Positions 1-12,291 are shown, counted from the stretch's first letter. The stretch is DNA of 17,793 nucleotides from Bugula neritina (GCA_964035545.1 CAXIUT010000029.1:1-17793); one strand, 5' to 3'. Notes: generated from the letters alone by a model not told the origin. Numbers and translations are program-made.

Positions 1-81
1 CCCAACCCCAACCCCAACCCCAACCCCAACCCCAACCCCAACCCCAACCCCAACCCCAACCCCAACCCCAACCCCAACCCC
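1..81 (-). repeat. Left telomere, (CCCCAA)n
   Basis: Perfect C4A2 repeat at the window start, the Tetrahymena-type telomeric repeat. Confidence 0.98.
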
Positions 82-139
82 TCAAAGAATTAAAATATAT
101 CTCAATATTTACTTCATATAATTGATATTTAATAGATAT

Positions 140-976
140 ATGTCAAAGTTATTATTCATACTAGGACTACTGATCTTCACTTCTTGCAAATAAGTAGTAG
201 TTGACGCCAACAAAGAACCTTATCAAGCTCTAAACGACGTATTTACCAATGGAATTGAAACATCTGATAACTGTGATGACAAAATCAAACATATCGCTAT
301 CTAAGCAGATCCAATTCTCAAAAGAAATGTCTTTCTCTATTCTCTCCATGTAGATAACACCAAAAACTATGCAGATGGCGATCGTTGCACTGGCGATTAC
401 AGTCGACAAAGATGCTAAACTTCTGTTGTTCCCAGTTCTCCAGCTTGGATGCATGGAGATAAAGGAAAAACCTTTACCTATGCCTGGAAATTATACCTTG
501 ATTCTAATTTTCAAAGTAATACTCATTTTTGCCATCTCCATCAAATAAAACTAGATGGAAAAGATGTAGGCACCCCTAATTTGACTTTAACTGCCAGAAA
601 AGATATGCAGCTATAAAACTAAGGAAGAATTTTAGATAAAGTGCCTATGATTTCATTCAGAGGTGAATGGATTCAAATTCGTTAAAAGATAACATATGAT
701 GTTAAAGGCTGTCTTGATTTTACTGCACATAGAATCAGAGATGGGTATAGATTATTAAGTTACAAAGGATGTGACATTGAACTTGATAACAGAGGACAAA
801 TGATTAGACCTAAATTTGGATTTTATAGAAGTTTGCAAGATAAACAAACATTGAAGTCATAATCAGTTCGAATAGTTGATCTCTGTATTGGATAAAATGA
901 TGCCTGCAACTATAGTGCTTTTGGATAAAAGATTAATTAGACTCAGTAATCATTTTTGCAGCAAGAAATTGAATGA
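140..976 (+). CDS. Secreted polysaccharide-lyase-like (beta-jelly-roll, PF14099-like) protein, 278 aa, intronless
   Basis: Open from ATG140 to TGA974-976 when TAR is read as sense. Signal peptide MSKLLFILGLLIFTSC. Motifs DGDRC..SRQRC[TAA]T, FTYAWKLYL, FCHLHQIK, PNLTLTARK and IRPKFGFYRSL recall bacterial polysaccharide-lyase-family proteins (DRQRNE, HLHQIK, RPKWGxYRSL). Confidence 0.75.
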
Positions 977-1156
977 TTAAATCATTGATAATCTATCACA
1001 TAAAATATACTTATATCAATAATAAGATATAGAATGAAAAAATTATTTATTCTGATGCTCGGGAAGACCAAAATTTGGTTTTTATCGAAATATCACAAGA
1101 ATAAAAAAATAGAATGATTAATATATTTTATCATATGAATATTAAAAGAATAAAAA

Positions 1157-3638
1157 TCATATATCTGTGGTTACTTATTTGACTAAATTAGATTGTATTC
1201 CTTTTTTTCTTGTAGGTATATCAAATCGAAATGCTTCAGGCTGAATATCTACTATCGTAGACATATTAGTCAAAAGATATTGCGTGTATTCATAACTAAG
1301 ATTGAGAGGCCTTGCTACTTTTCTTTGCCTGTATTTATTTGCTAATTTTGGCATATTTGAAGCAATATAATTTTACTGCTTTCTAGAATTGAAAATAGAA
1401 GGCGTAATTGATGGCAACTGCAAAGCTGGTTTCGATTTCGGTAAAGCATAATGCGGTATTATTTTTTATTTATACTGTTTAACCATCAACTATTTATCAA
1501 TCGCACTAAGATCCTCAGTCTAACTCTACCCATCAGATTCCTAACTCAACTAGTTATATTTTTTCAATTTGATTTTACTACTTTACTGAACAATTTATTT
1601 TCTTAAAGAAGAAAAATCAATACTAGAATTACAAATTAACTATCGTTTAGCTATAGTTCTAAAATTGATAGTAGATTTTTGATTAGCAGCCTTACTAAAA
1701 AAATTATAATTTCTATTCATAATCTGCAAATATTTAAAATAAGATGATAATCCACTAGCTAACTCCCTCCCGAATTACTTCCATTAGGGCACGCTCATAG
1801 ATTTCCTCTCCTCTTCGTTGTTTTTATCTCGGTATAAAGCATAGGAAGTTTATATCGTATATGCAGGTATCTTTAACTTCTTTATAAAATATCCTCTAGC
1901 TGTATTTACTTTGTATTATTATAATTTAAATTTTGACATTTAGTATTTGAAATATTTGCTTATTCTGTCCATTATTTTAGGAAATATTCTGCATTATATA
2001 TAGTTTTCATTTTTCTAGTCTATCTATGGACCATAAACAAATGAATTTGTCTGACTCGAGTGACCATGCATATCCAAAAAACCTATGAAATTCTAACCAT
2101 ACTAAGTCTGATAAGTTTTGCCCAGCTACTTAAGAGCAGTAGTTTCAGGAAAAACGGTATCATCTACTTTATTAAACGATCGATTGAGATCATCTCCAAG
2201 ATAATCTAGATAACTATATTTATACTTGTTCTGAAATTGCCAAAAACTACTCCATCTGGATTAAGCATAGGCACTATTTTGATAACATTTTTAGACAAAA
2301 ACTATTCATAACTCTACTCGCCATGTAGTAACTCTTTTATTATTCCGTTGATAATATAAGAACTACAAGTTTAACTTGGATGAACTCTTCCTGAAATAAG
2401 TATAAGTTTTTTTTTATTTTGATTGTTTTTTCTTTATTTAGCTGCTCCTTTTGTTATCGTGAGTAGTGGAACAGCCAATCCTGTAATACTATGAGTAAGC
2501 ACATCTATTTTGAAGTTGGGCGAGTGTTAGTAGTATTATAGATCTTTTAGAAGTTTACTATATGTATAGGGAGGTATAAGACTTAGATATGTCTATTGAT
2601 GAGGTTTCAGTGATATTTAGAAGGTGATTTTGAATTTATTTTTACCAAAAGGTTGAACTTATACTTCTTAATCCAGTATTTTCCAATCTGTTTTAGGAAG
2701 ATTATACTTACAAAATATTTTTTGTCCATGCTATATCATCCTAAATTTTCTTTTTACATTACAAATATTAATCCTAACTCGTTTTTGCTCGTGATATCTA
2801 TTGGTAATTTGAAAATAGAACCAACTTTGATGTCCTTTTGTATTAGTATCAATTCTTAAGAATAAATTATACTAATTTTATGATATTTTGAAGACACTGT
2901 CTAGATTACCACTTTAAAAATCACCTATGAAATCTATAATATTCTATTTGTTTTATTTGTTTGTTTTAGGTTATATTTATTGTTTATTTTTTTATATTTG
3001 CGTTTTCAAAGATCTGTTATATTTACTTTATAAAAAAGTTGATTTTTTATTGGTTTTGAGATGTTGATAAAAAGTATAAGTATTTGCTATTTTAGGCTAT
3101 CGATATACTAGTTCAGATTATGGATAAGGCTACATTTATTATTTTATAATTGCCTACTGCTGAACTATGTCATTTGGTATTTATAAATTTTATGTTGTTT
3201 CTGTTCTAAATACTAACAGAAGTACCTCTTATCTTTTATTATTATTGTTTCAATTGTTTACTAGAGATGAATGATTGATGAGTTTTTATTCAGTTTAGGA
3301 GGCTTTTTAAAGATAACAGAATCAGGATATTTATGTTCTTTTTAACTGTCTGATAATTCTTATTCATTTTATATCAAAGGATATCTATTTTTAAGATGCT
3401 CTTTTGATTTCATAAGATTGTCACTCTTTCTATCGAGTACTTTCAGTTCTAAATATATCATTATTTGTACTGAAACTGACTTTCTAACTGGAGTTATAGC
3501 GATGTTTCTTTTTTTTAGATGAAATACTAACATAAGGATTACAACTTGTTTGAAGATGATTTTCTTCTTCAATTACTTATTAGGAAATAGAAGGACGTTA
3601 AAAACCTTATTCAATTTACTAATCTTCAAGATAGCCAT
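1157..3638 (-). CDS. Cytosolic carboxypeptidase (M14D, CCP/AGBL tubulin-deglutamylase family); introns 3206-3225 and 2206-2225; 5' end uncertain
   Basis: Ordered motifs DF[TAA]SGNL, DTNTKGHQSWFYF, PPYTYSKL, GRVHPS[TAA]T, VPMLNPDGV..GNFRTNYLGDDLNR (after splicing), FLDMHGHS, FVYG, TARG and YTI[TAA]TS. Stop is TGA at 1157-1159. ATG3638 gives an open frame, but an alternative start at 3655 is possible. Confidence 0.9.
2206..2225 (-). other. 20-nt spliceosomal intron (GTATAAATATAGTTATCTAG)
   Basis: Removing it restores the frame and the conserved GNxR....G.DLNR motif. Confidence 0.92.
3206..3225 (-). other. 20-nt spliceosomal intron (GTACTTCTGTTAGTATTTAG)
   Basis: GT..TAG ends. The downstream frame meets a TGA just upstream of it, and removal joins it to a long open upstream frame. 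Confidence 0.75.
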
Positions 3639-3770
3639 ATTTTTTTTGTATACATCTCCTATAATATTTATTTCGATAAAATTATCAAAGAGGGCTCAAA
3701 TAATTAATCACCTTATCACATATATTAATAATTACTTTGTTTTCTTAATAATAAAAAATATAACTTAGAA

Positions 3771-5291
3771 ATGTAAGAGCAACTCTTTGACCCCAAACAA
3801 ATAAACCTACCTTTTACTGTAGCAATCATAAAACCAGATACAGTCCTCTAATCTGATAAATTACAAGAAGTTATTACATTTATTGAAAATTCTAATGAAC
3901 TTGTCATCAAAAATATGTTCCAAAGATAGTTACTTAAAGAATAAGTTGTTAACGTATTTTATAAACACTAAAATAAACCTTACTTTTAAGATATCATTCG
4001 CTATATGATGAGTGGATAGAGTTGCGTGATGATATTGGTCAATGCAGAAGGAAGCGAAGGAGATCCGATAGCTAAATGGAAAAAAATGATAGGAATAATG
4101 AATCCTTAAGAAGCGAAAAAAGCCAGTCCTGAAAGTTTAAGAGGTAAATATGGTAAATCAGTAATAAAAAATGAATTTCATGGAAGTGATAATCTTATCG
4201 ATGCTAACAAATAAAGAAAAATATTCCATTTTAAAGTACCACAAGAACCACCCAAATTCTAATATGACCCTTATAAAGTAACACTTAAATCAATTCAACA
4301 GTTCTTAAGACCACCTAATCTTTAACATTCATGTATCAACTAAAGAATGGATCTGATGGCCACCTATGGTCCCATTGTTGATTGGCATTCCATTGAACAA
4401 TGTTTCTGTGTTTAGTGCAAACCTTTCGCTAGAGATATTGCCAAAAGAAGAAAGATGTCAAATAAATTACCTCCTAAAGTTCTTAAATAAGTCTAAATAT
4501 CAGAAATATACAACTAACTTTGCCAAAAATGTCAATTTCATTGTAGTAATTTTACTCATCTACCAGGAGGAAGATAAATGCAGCATTTACTTACAGATAA
4601 TTAACTCAATTAGCTCGGTAAACAAATAAACAAAGGATAATTGATTGATCTCCTTACTATTGAAAAAGGATCTACTGCTAAAATTATGGTATAAAAGATA
4701 TCGCCAAGAGAACCAAACTAAACCCAATATAATATTGATTTCTTCAATATTCTTATCAAACAAATAGAACCAGATTACTACGAAAGATATACCTTTATCT
4801 AACTACAAAATCTCATACTTTAAGATAGAAGAATCAGAATGACATATTGGGTTGCTAAAATGACAGGAAAATCAGTTGATAGATTTCCACCTGTAACTTC
4901 TCTTGATAATACTCTCACTCAAGAACAACTTAGTGATCCTAAAGGACCATATTTTACTCTAAATCGAAAACTACCTTTGACTCTGCTTATCAAACCAGAA
5001 CAAATTAAAAATATTCCTCTTTTATATGCTCCTAGCATCATAGACAAGAAGAAATTAGCCCAAATGGAAGAAAATCTCGTGATTGAGAAACTATTACATA
5101 GAAATTTAACCAAAGTTACTCAGGTGGGATTGAAAAGCGAAGGAATTAGAGAAGCAGTTTCTCTTTTACGACCCTATAACGAAGGAAGACATGGAGATTG
5201 GGACAACTATGCTAATTTAAAAGGAAATAGTACTAAGGGAGATGTTGGAGGCAAGTATATGAACGGATATATGACAAAACAATCAAAATGA
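3771..5291 (+). CDS. Nucleoside-diphosphate-kinase-domain protein (group II NME-like) with a long C-terminal extension, 506 aa
   Basis: Single frame from ATG3771 to TGA5289-5291. NDK motifs FTVAIIKPD, KPYF..II.YMMSG, WKKMIG..NP, SLRGKYG and NEFHGSD (catalytic His kept), then DANK[TAA]R. Confidence 0.88.
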
Positions 5292-5379
5292 TCAATAGAT
5301 AAATAAAATTATTCTATATACTTTAAATAATTTACTTAAAACTTTTAAAATAAATAGTTTAATATTGATGTAATGCAAA

Positions 5380-8300
5380 TCAATTGTATCTTTATTCGAA
5401 AAGAATCTTCATTAGATCGGCATTGGTCCAATAATCTTGATCGATAGTTGAAGAAAGAGGGTTTTAGAAAGGAAATTGGTCTGATCTTATTTACTTGACT
5501 AAAGTCTGAGCCATTTAGAGATCTGAAAAGAAGTTTTTAAATTGAGGATTAATTCTGATAGTGATTTAGAAAGTAGGAATAAATCTTAAATTCGGGAAAT
5601 AAAAAACAAAAAGAAACCAATATTGAGTACCATCATAGTACCTGTAATCTGCCTAGATACTAGATAACTGTGAACTTTTAATTTCAACTTGCAAAAGATT
5701 CCAACTAGGTACACCATAATTTTATAGATATTTATCAGATAACATATTCATAGAAACACCTTGAAAGATCTTCTGATTGCCAAGAACTGTTTTTTATAAA
5801 GTTAAAATTGAAGTTGAATATCTAGGCAAGATACAAGTGGTCACTGTTCTACCATCTTCAAGCCATTACGTACTAATTTAGTAACTATTGGCACATGCTT
5901 AGCAAGTATTAGCTGCATGGCAGAGGATACAATGAAAGGTACATAGTTGACATTTGTAGTTAGTATCTCTATATTGCCCTGGAGCACATCTAGCTAGACA
6001 ACGACCATTTCTGTAGATTCCATCTGTGCAAGTGAGACACTACTGAGCTCCTGGACCTGAACAAGTTGTACAAGTTGAATGACATTTCATACAATTTTAT
6101 CTAGGACCATAATAACCATCAATACAAACACAAGTCACCAAGGCTGCTATATATCGACTGTTAGGATTGCATAGCTGGCATTATCCATTAATGATAAAAT
6201 AAGCATAGTTACAGACACAATTTTTTCCATTCCAGAAAGAATTAACACCACAACTATTATCACCGAAGTTATTGTTATTATTTTCATAGTCATATAAACA
6301 TTATCCATTGATTAGGGTGAGTCCGCTATTGCAGACACATTTCTGAATATCAGAATTCCATTGACTATTCGCAGGACAATTACTTATACACCAACCATTA
6401 ACAAAAGTAAGTCCTTGGTTACAGACACAAGTATTCAGAACGAAGTTCCATTAGCTATTAGCGGGACATCGAACACATCCTATTTGAGTGGTAAAATAAT
6501 CTAATCCGCAAACGCAAATTCCATTTGAAAACATTCTGTCAGCAGTATTGCATTGAGTACATAAACTAGTTATGTTATCTATGATTTGACCTGATGGACA
6601 GATACAGTTGTTGTTGACTAAAATTTTACCTCCAGTACAAGTATTTCTCACACTATTGCCTTGATTAGAAATTTATGCGACACACTGACGAGTTTGTGCG
6701 TCTAAGATAAGAGGAGAAATGCAAAAACAATTTCCACTTGGGTTACGATTGCTATGAGTAGGACATGACACACAGTCATTTCCAATAAGACCAAAAGGAC
6801 GAGGGCATACACATACTCCAATACTGAAAACGAAGTTAGGCGGGCACTAGTTTTAAGAAACACATTGATTGGTAACTTATGATAGAGAATAGTTCGGTAT
6901 GCATCCACACTTTCCTTAAACTTTTATCGCATTGATTCCACAAGTAACATAACAGATTCCATTGACCATCAGATAGCCAATATTGCAGACACATTCGTTT
7001 CCATTGTGATTTTGGTTGAGACCACATCTGTTTTAACTTGCACACTGTCCGTTATTAAGAGTGCCACTAACACAAGTTAAACATTAATTAACATTAGTTC
7101 CTAAACAAGTAGCACAAGTTGAATGACATCTAGAACAGTTGTTCCAGTTTCCAAAGAATCCATCATTACAAAAGCAAGTTTTCTGAGAAAAGTCATATTG
7201 ACTGTTAGGATCACACTGTTGACATTTATTATTGATAGAAAAATATCCTGCCTTACATGAGCATGTAGAAACATTCCATACTTCATTATTTCCACATGTA
7301 TTAGTGCACTGGCCATTGGACAAGGTAGGTCCTTGAATACAATCACAGCGATTGGAACTCCAAGTCGAATAAGGTTGGCATGGCTGACAGATACCATTGA
7401 TAATGTGATAGTTAGGATTATTACATTAACAGGTCTGACTAAATTAATTCCAATTGCTGTCAGAAGGACAACTTAAGACGCACTGACCATTTGATTAGAT
7501 ATATTCTGATATACATTGGCATTTTTGAAGTTGAGAGTTCCATTGACTGTTAGTTTGACAACTAGAAACACATTTATCGTTTTAGACAGCAAAACCTTGG
7601 TTACAGACACATTGTCCAGTAGTTTAGTTATACTAGCTATTAGCTGGACACTTAACGCATCTATTTTGAGTTTCAATATAGCCTTAAGCACATACACAAA
7701 CTCCATTAGCAATCATTCTATCCAAAGCTCTGCATAGTGTACATTAGTTAGTAAAAGTATCAATAACATACTCTCCTTGACAAACACATGAATTTCCATT
7801 CCATATTTTTCCACTTTTGCAAGTCGGATTGGAAACACATTGCTGTGTTTGAGAACTTAGATTAAAACCAGTATAACACTAACATTTACCATTTGAACTT
7901 CTAATGCTATTAGTTGGACAATTAACACATTTATTTCCTATTAAACCAAATGGATAAGAACAAGTACATTTGTTATTAAGCCATTTGAAGTTGGGTTAGC
8001 AAGGGTTTTAAGTAATACATCTACTTCCAGATATTATTTAATTTTATTCACAAAAAAGACAAGTTTTATCTATAATTGTACCCTTGTTTTGTTAACAAAT
8101 GTCTTTTGAAGTGCATTTTGATGGGCATTTTGAACCAAAACAAGTTATTCCATTTGGAACTTTTGAAATAAAGCCATTTCCACTCAAGACAGTCTTTCCA
8201 CTCTAAAGAGTTTGAATGCCTATCAACTAGTATGGGTAATCAGATCCTACTGAAGGGTCAAAATAATGATATTAAAATTAAGAAGTAGTTTCAAAAGCAA

Positions 8301-8969
8301 CATAAGTGATGAACAGGATCTCAATTGGAGGAGAACTGTCGAGACTGATGATGGACTTGATAACACCAGAGTTCGTTATAACAACTGAGCTAAGAGAAGC
8401 AGTGAAAGAGTCAGCTGAAGTTTTGATTCCGCAGATAGCAGTGATGACTCTATGTTCGTTGTTTGACTGTTTGAAGTTGGGAATGCTGAAATCGTGAGTG
8501 ATTCCTCCCACAGCTGAATTGAATTAAATAAAGTTTGCCGCAATGATGTATGTACCCAGATAGAACTCATCTCTGTTGCTCATCATATATGAAATTACGA
8601 TCATATTCCAGCTGTTGTCATTATCAATTAGAAGCTCTATTACTCCAGAGTTTCCTGATTTGCTCTTTCCTCTTATCGAGAAATCCATTCCATTGCTTGT
8701 AGCTAAGGCAGTAAAGCTTGAGGTTGCTAAATAAAAATCAACTTACAGGCAGCAATGTTAACTCTTGAACCTTTTCCAGAAGTTGCAAAGATATTAAAGC
8801 TATGAACTCTGTTCTCAGGGGTATTGACACGGTTATTTTGAAAAAGGATGGTCCCTTAATCTAGAAAATCTTGACTAAGAGCTGTTTTGCTTATGCAAGA
8901 TTGTGTATTAAAGGATTCTAAGAGAAGGGTTAGAAGAAACAAAGTCGATAAGATTTTATTGTTTCTCAT
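5380..8969 (-). CDS. Secreted Cys-rich repeat protein, paralog B (about 1189 aa): signal peptide, family N-domain, EGF/furin-like repeats, C-terminal beta-domain; intron 8727-8746
   Basis: ATG8969 (MRNNKILSTLFLLTLLL) to TGA5380-5382. Length is divisible by 3 after removing the 20-nt intron. Many CxC..GY/F...NG.C and C..C..C.GP...QCLTC repeats. Confidence 0.85.
8727..8746 (-). other. 20-nt intron (GTAAGTTGATTTTTATTTAG)
   Basis: Restores the frame. Same phase-1 position as in the three paralogs. Confidence 0.92.
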
Positions 8970-8987
8970 GATTTAATATTGTAGTTT

Positions 8988-9010
8988 ATAATGATAACTC
9001 ACTGGATTTA
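8988..9010 (-). promoter_or_regulatory. Candidate upstream element shared by the Cys-rich paralogs (+ strand ATAATGATAACTCACTGGAT)
   Basis: 18/20 match to 16419-16438. The core ACTGGATTTA also occurs at 12156-12165. All lie within about 60 nt upstream of the paralog ATGs. Confidence 0.55.
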
Positions 9011-9496
9011 CACCCAATAATGTTGGATCGGTAAATAAATCATCAGGATTGGAAAATAATATCAAAATTAAAGAAAGAAAAATTAGGTAAATAATCTATG
9101 ATGATTTTTGATTTTGTAGAATTATCAAGTGAAAAAGTAGTATCGAAAATATTATCTTTAGAATCGATTTTATCTATGATTTGATTAAGATAAATCTACC
9201 ATTTTTAAGTATGCATAATAGCAAATTTATCTTATTTCTCGTTTAAGGTTAATTCTTATTAATGATTACTATAAAAGTGTGTGATTGTTTTAATCAGAAA
9301 GCTCTCTCGGTGAGCACAACTCAGCAATAAAGGATCTCAAGAGAAAATTACAATGAGAGAGTTAATGATAGTTTCACAGTCTTTGCTAAAGTAAAAATAA
9401 GAACCTTAGATTACTTTATTAAGAATATAAAATGTTAAAGAGTTGATATAGTTATGCTTTTTATTTTCATAAATGCTATGCGAATCAAGACGATCA

Positions 9497-12127
9497 TCAT
9501 AATTAATTTCTACACTATCCATTAACTAGAACAAATCCTTTTTTACAAGCACAATAAGCTCCTTTCCAGACTTAATTTGGACCACATCTACTTTAATTAT
9601 TTTCATCAACATGGATACATTCTTGATTTACCAAGGAAAGTCCTCCTTAACATTTACATTATTAATCTGAAAAGCTCCACTAACTATAGCGAGGACAATT
9701 TCCTTTGCAAAATCCATCAACAAAAGAAAATCCTTAAATACAATCACATTTTTAAAGTTCAGAATTCCATTAACTATTTTAAATACAAAAAACACATCCT
9801 TTTGTTTCTGTAAGAACAGCATCTTTTGCACAGATACAAGTGCCATTTTACGATACTCTTCTATCTGGAGCAATGCACCAAGTACAGTTATTGGTTATAA
9901 TATCAATAATTTGACCTATTGGACAGACACACTTCTCTCCTCTGTAGATTCTACCTCCCGTACAGGTTAGAGGCTAGCACTATTGATTCTAGATGTTTAA
10001 AGTATAGCCAGTAAAGCACTAACAAAACCCAGTTGAGTTTCGAATACTCCTAGATGGACAGCTAATGCAGTTGTCTTTGACTAGGCCAAAAGGAACTGGA
10101 CAAGTACATTTTCCATTGATACTTTTAAAGTTCTACTAGCATTATTTTTAAAGTTAGCAATTTACTTAGTTCCTAATTAAAGACTTATCCTGGGAAACAC
10201 TGACACTAGTCGTCGATAACAACTCTGTCATTTTAACACTTAAGGTAACAGCTCTCATTGAACATCAGGTATTCACTGTTGCAAGCACAAGATGTCCCAT
10301 TCCAAGAGGCGTTATCTTGGCAACTTTGTACACACTCTCCATCGACTTCAGTCAAATCTTCATCGCAGACACAGTAAGTTCCATTCCAGGTTGAATTAGA
10401 ATGACAAGCTTGGCAAGAATCATTTATCAAGTGAAGAGTGGGATTACTACAGTCACATCTTTAAAGGTCTTCGTCCCAATTGCTACCAGTAGGACACTTA
10501 TTCACACACTAGTCATTGAAGAGTACTAATTCTCCAGTGCAGATGCAACGACCAATGACTGAGTTCCATAGACTCTGATTCGGACACTTGATACATCCTT
10601 TTCTAGTTGTAATATAATCAAAAGCACAAACGCAAATTCCATAAGAAAGCATCCTATCACTAGTATCGCATAAAGTACATTAGTCAGTAATAACATCGAT
10701 AACCTAACCAGTTGGACAAACGCAAGCACTTCCATTCCATTATCTTCCGCCTGTACATTATTCATAAGAAGGAAATGGAATAGGCGCACACTCGAGAATT
10801 CGAGGGATAAGGAGAAAGCCACTAAAGCATTAACAGATTCCATCAGGACTTCTAGTACCATTGGCGGGACATTTGACACACTTATTTTCAATAAGACCAA
10901 AAGGATGTAAGCAAACACACTTTCCATTTTTATTGATAAAATTAGAAGAACATTGAGTTTAAGGAACGCATTAAAGAGTATAAATGTTGAGAGGATAGCC
11001 ATTATAGCACCTACAGAAGCCAGTTTCATTACGAGAAGTATCACCTTCGCATTTAAGACATCTATTTCCAACCAAGCCGAAAGGATCAGGGCAATAGCAC
11101 TAACCATTTTATATTACAAAATTTAATTAACACCTTATCTAAGATACGCATTGCTTTTAGGATATTCTCTGCCCATCATCACAAAATATACAGGTCTAGT
11201 CGATTATTACACCTTTATTATAAGTGCAAATATTCTTTGAGGGACATTTTGATGGACATCCTTAACCAAAGCAAGTCACTCCATTTGGAACTTTTGAAAT
11301 AAAGCCATTTCCACTTAAGACAGTCTTTCCACTTTAAAGAGTTTGAATGCCTGTCAACTAGTATGGGTAATCCGAGCCAACTGAAGGGTCAAAATAGTGA
11401 TATTATAACTGAGAAGTGGTACGAGAACTATCAGCAATATACTATATATCAAAAGCAACGTAAGTGATGAACAGGATCTCAACTGGAGGAGAACTGTCGA
11501 GACTGATGATGGACTTGATAACGCCAGAGTTTGTTATTACAACTGAGCTGAGAGAAGCGGTGAAAGAGTCAGCTGAAGTTTTGATTCCGCAGATAGCAGT
11601 GATGACTCTATGTTCGTTGTTTGATTGTTTGAAGTTGGGAATGTTGAAATCGTGAGTGATTCCTCCCACAGCTGAATTGAATTAAATAAAGTTTGCCGCA
11701 ATGATGTATGTACCCAGATAGAACTCATCTCTAGAGCTGGCAAGGTAGGAGATGACAATAACACTCCAACTGTTGTCATTATCAATTAGAAGTTCTATCA
11801 CTCCTGTGTTACTAGCTAAACCTTGATAGCCTCTAATAGAAAAATCCATTCCATTGCTTGTAGCTAAGGCAGAAAAGCTTGAGGTTGCTAAATATAGAAA
11901 AACTTACAGGCAGCAATATTCAGTCCATCTTTTCCAGAGGATGTCCATACATTGAAGCTGTGGACTCTATTCGCAGGAGTATTGATTCTATTATTCTTTG
12001 CACGAAAGGTTCCTGAGTCCATGAAGTCTCTGCTAACATGTCTGCGACTAATGCAAGGCTGTGCATTGAAGAATTCTGAGAGAAAAATCAAAAGGAGAAA
12101 AGTCGGTAAGATTTTATTGTGTCTCAT
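9497..12127 (-). CDS. Secreted Cys-rich repeat protein, paralog C (about 870 aa), lacking the C-terminal domain; intron 11888-11907; apparent 1-nt frameshift near 10160
   Basis: ATG12127 (MRHNKILPTFLLL). Near-identical to paralog B over part of the N-domain. Cys repeats continue to TGA9497-9499 only if one base at 10159-10160 is skipped. Confidence 0.78.
11888..11907 (-). other. 20-nt intron (GTAAGTTTTTCTATATTTAG)
   Basis: Restores the frame. Position conserved among the paralogs. Confidence 0.92.
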
Positions 12128-12198
12128 GATCAATATAAATATATCATAATATCTGACTGGATTTAGAAATAAAAAGGTTCATAATTTTAAATATAAAA

Positions 12199-12291
12199 GG
12201 GGTTGGGGTTGGGGTTGGGGTTGGGGTTGGGGTTGGGGTTGGGGTTGGGGTTGGGGTTGGGGTTGGGGTTGGGGTTGGGGTTGGGGTTGGG
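12199..12291 (+). repeat. Internal telomeric tract (GGGGTT)n, 93 nt, right-end orientation
   Basis: Perfect G4T2 repeat flanked by unique AT-rich DNA. Confidence 0.97.

Noticed and set aside
140-5291. Pseudogene reading of the many in-frame TAA/TAG codons
   Set aside because: Frames and catalytic motifs are intact, TGA is absent internally, and TAR sits at conserved Glu sites.
1157-5291. Standard ciliate code (table 6, TAR=Gln)
   Set aside because: It would replace the Zn-ligand, catalytic and FESGNL glutamates and the invariant NDK Glu all at once.
9301-9362. Possible hairpin or ncRNA (CTCTCTC...GAGAGAG) between paralogs B and C
   Set aside because: Short low-complexity stem with no tRNA or snoRNA hallmarks that I could identify.
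11429-11443. Possible 15-nt intron GTATATTGCTGATAG within a small insertion in paralog C
   Set aside because: It is in frame, not needed for translation, and does not fit the 20-nt consensus.
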